A DNA stretch of 52,767 nucleotides from Burkholderiales bacterium (GTDB taxonomy: Bacteria > Pseudomonadota > Gammaproteobacteria > Burkholderiales > Casimicrobiaceae), in contig JBBQEY010000001.1 in NCBI GenBank assembly GCA_038321425.1, positions 1-52,767 of the forward strand, read 5' to 3'. Position 1 is the stretch's first letter, and each line of letters starts with the position of its first letter. Made by a program: the position numbers and the translations under genes. Below the pieces are notes generated by a model. The model searched no databases. It worked only from the letters and a program-made list of their open reading frames with translations, and was not told the DNA's origin. Positions 51,154-52,767 of the stretch are shown piece after piece.

Positions 51154-52208
51154 GCCACCTTGAGCAACGCGCCGTGGCAACTGAAGCCGGCGCCAAAAGA
51201 CGACATCCACCACCAACCAGGCGGGGCGTTGTCCCGCAACGCGGCCTGCAGTACGTAGTAGACGAACGCGCTGCTCATGTTGCCGTACTCGCGCAGCATC
51301 GCGGCGCTGTAACGCAGCTCGCCGTTGTCGAGTTGCAGCGTCTTTTGCAGCGCGAGGAGTACGTCGCGGCCACCGGCATGCATGATCCAGACGGCGATGT
51401 CGTCCGGCGACATGCCGCCGGCGTCGAGCACTCGCGTCAGGACTTGCTGCGCATGGTCGGCCGCCAGCCGTGGAACCGGCCGCGTCAGGATGTTGCGAAG
51501 CATCCCGTGACGCGTTTCAAACTTGAGGGCGTCGCGTTGCGCCGGGTTGGTCAGCGATCCAAACGACTGCCATTGGACGCTTCGACGACTCGGATCGGAT
51601 TGCACGGACAGCACTGCGGCGCCCGCGCCGTCGCCAAACAGGCACGCACTGATCAGTACGCCTGGGTCGTCGTCGAGGTACATTGCAGCACTGCTGACTT
51701 CGACGCACACCGCGAGCACGTGGCGGCACGCTCCATCGGCCAGCAGCGCCGCGGCCAAGCGCCAGTTGGGCAATGCGGCCGCGCAACCCTGACCGACGAG
51801 GTCGAATGCCAGGATGTCGGACCGCAGGCCCAGGCGTTCGATCACATGACTCGTGAGTCCGGGACAGACATAACCAGTGCAGGTACTGATCACGACGGCG
51901 TCGATCTCTTGCGCCTGCAGGTTGGCGTCCGAGAGAGCCGCGTTGGCAGACTGGGCTGCGAGCGAGGGCGCGTGAGCAAGGAAGCGGCGATGCAGAGTAT
52001 CGGGGTCAATCCGGAAAACATCGGCGAGATCATCCAGCGCCAAAGTGCGCGTCTCGATGCCGTTGTCCTTGGTCAGCACGGCCTCGGCGATGATGTGCGA
52101 GCGACGGTCGAGCCTGCGGAACCACTCGGATCGTCTGAAGGAATCCCAGCACTCCGTCTTGGTGTATCGGCGCGGCGGATTGGCAGTGCCTAATCCATTG
52201 ACGAACAT
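51150..52208 (-). CDS. Type III polyketide synthase (chalcone/stilbene synthase family)
   Basis: CTGYVCPG, GQGCAAAL (Cys), [13 protein letters not shown] (His), YGNMSS (Asn), SFGAGFS. Confidence 0.95.
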   Translation of the reverse strand: MFVNGLGTANPPRRYTKTECWDSFRRSEWFRRLDRRSHIIAEAVLTKDNGIETRTLALDDLADVFRIDPDTLHRRFLAHAPSLAAQSANAALSDANLQAQEIDAVVISTCTGYVCPGLTSHVIERLGLRSDILAFDLVGQGCAAALPNWRLAAALLADGACRHVLAVCVEVSSAAMYLDDDPGVLISACLFGDGAGAAVLSVQSDPSRRSVQWQSFGSLTNPAQRDALKFETRHGMLRNILTRPVPRLAADHAQQVLTRVLDAGGMSPDDIAVWIMHAGGRDVLLALQKTLQLDNGELRYSAAMLREYGNMSSAFVYYVLQAALRDNAPPGWWWMSSFGAGFSCHGALLKVA

Positions 52209-52639
52209 CCAGGCTCCAGTCTAGTTCATCGCCCTCGCAACGTTCGATGGCGAGGAGTTACAGGCTGATTGGCCCTCCCCGGCACCTTAGCAGCAATACA
52301 GGGCAGGGTTGGGTAAAGGGCAGTCTGGTCCCTTCCCGCTGCCATTGTCGCGGTGATTTTCGGCGCGTCTCTCACGACAAATATGGCGGGTATGTTGCCC
52401 CAAATGGCGAGCGAATTGTTTGACCGTCCGCAAAGCGATGGATTATTTTTCTGCTGGTTTGGCGATTAGAAAACTGTGCCCTTCCATGAAGGAGGCTTCC
52501 TATGCAGACCGCCGAACAGACGAGGAAATAGCAGCAGAGCGCCCGCTCCTATCGGGGGGGGGTAGGACCATTCGCTAAGCAGGCTCGCACTTCATGCCGA
52601 GTTAGACTGCTACTTCACTGCAAAAGATCGAGCCAAATC

Positions 52640-52767
52640 ATGCAAATTCAGCTCAACACCGACAATCACCTGGTAGGTTCGCCAGACCTCGCCCGAAGAA
52701 TCGAAGCGGACCTGCATCGTGTGCTCGAACGCTACGCCGACCGCGTCACGCGGATCGAAGTGCATCT
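52640..52767 (+). CDS. HPF/RaiA-like ribosome-associated protein (partial; runs off the window end)
   Basis: Manual translation MQIQLNTDNHLVGSPDLARRIEADLHRVLERYADRVTRIEVH. Confidence 0.8.
   Translation, partial: MQIQLNTDNHLVGSPDLARRIEADLHRVLERYADRVTRIEVH

Overview
High-GC betaproteobacterial chromosome segment (lineage inferred from gene order and protein style). Positions 1-35.9 kb are mostly core genome: partial glnE, yhdP, an Smr protein, trxB, ftsK-(orphan)-lolA, a GDPD, rarA and serS. These are followed by a 4x46-bp GTAG-REP array, a YVTN beta-propeller/creatininase-like pair, SRP RNA, dnaX-ybaB-recR, a TRAP transporter, a CBS protein, RsmI-like and Maf genes, yceD-rpmF-plsX-fabHDG-acpP-fabF, lysC, tRNA-Ser(GCT) with an IS481-like end beside it, a cardiolipin synthase and tRNA-Arg(ACG). 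An accessory island starts immediately after tRNA-Arg. It opens with a 51-codon tyrosine-integrase remnant (absent from the ORF track) fused by deletion to a 5'-truncated amidohydrolase. Next come a decayed HMG-CoA lyase, a LysR/Bug/enolase/SDR catabolic module (SDR broken) and stress-type genes (tandem-repeat secreted protein, cytochrome c fusion, hemerythrin, EEP protein, Crp/Fnr regulator, HPF-like). The best candidate for an undescribed system is an intact five-gene operon at 47.6-52.2 kb: type III PKS, methyltransferase, flavoprotein, dedicated ACP and dedicated FabF-like ketosynthase. All calls come from reading motifs by eye; no searches were run.
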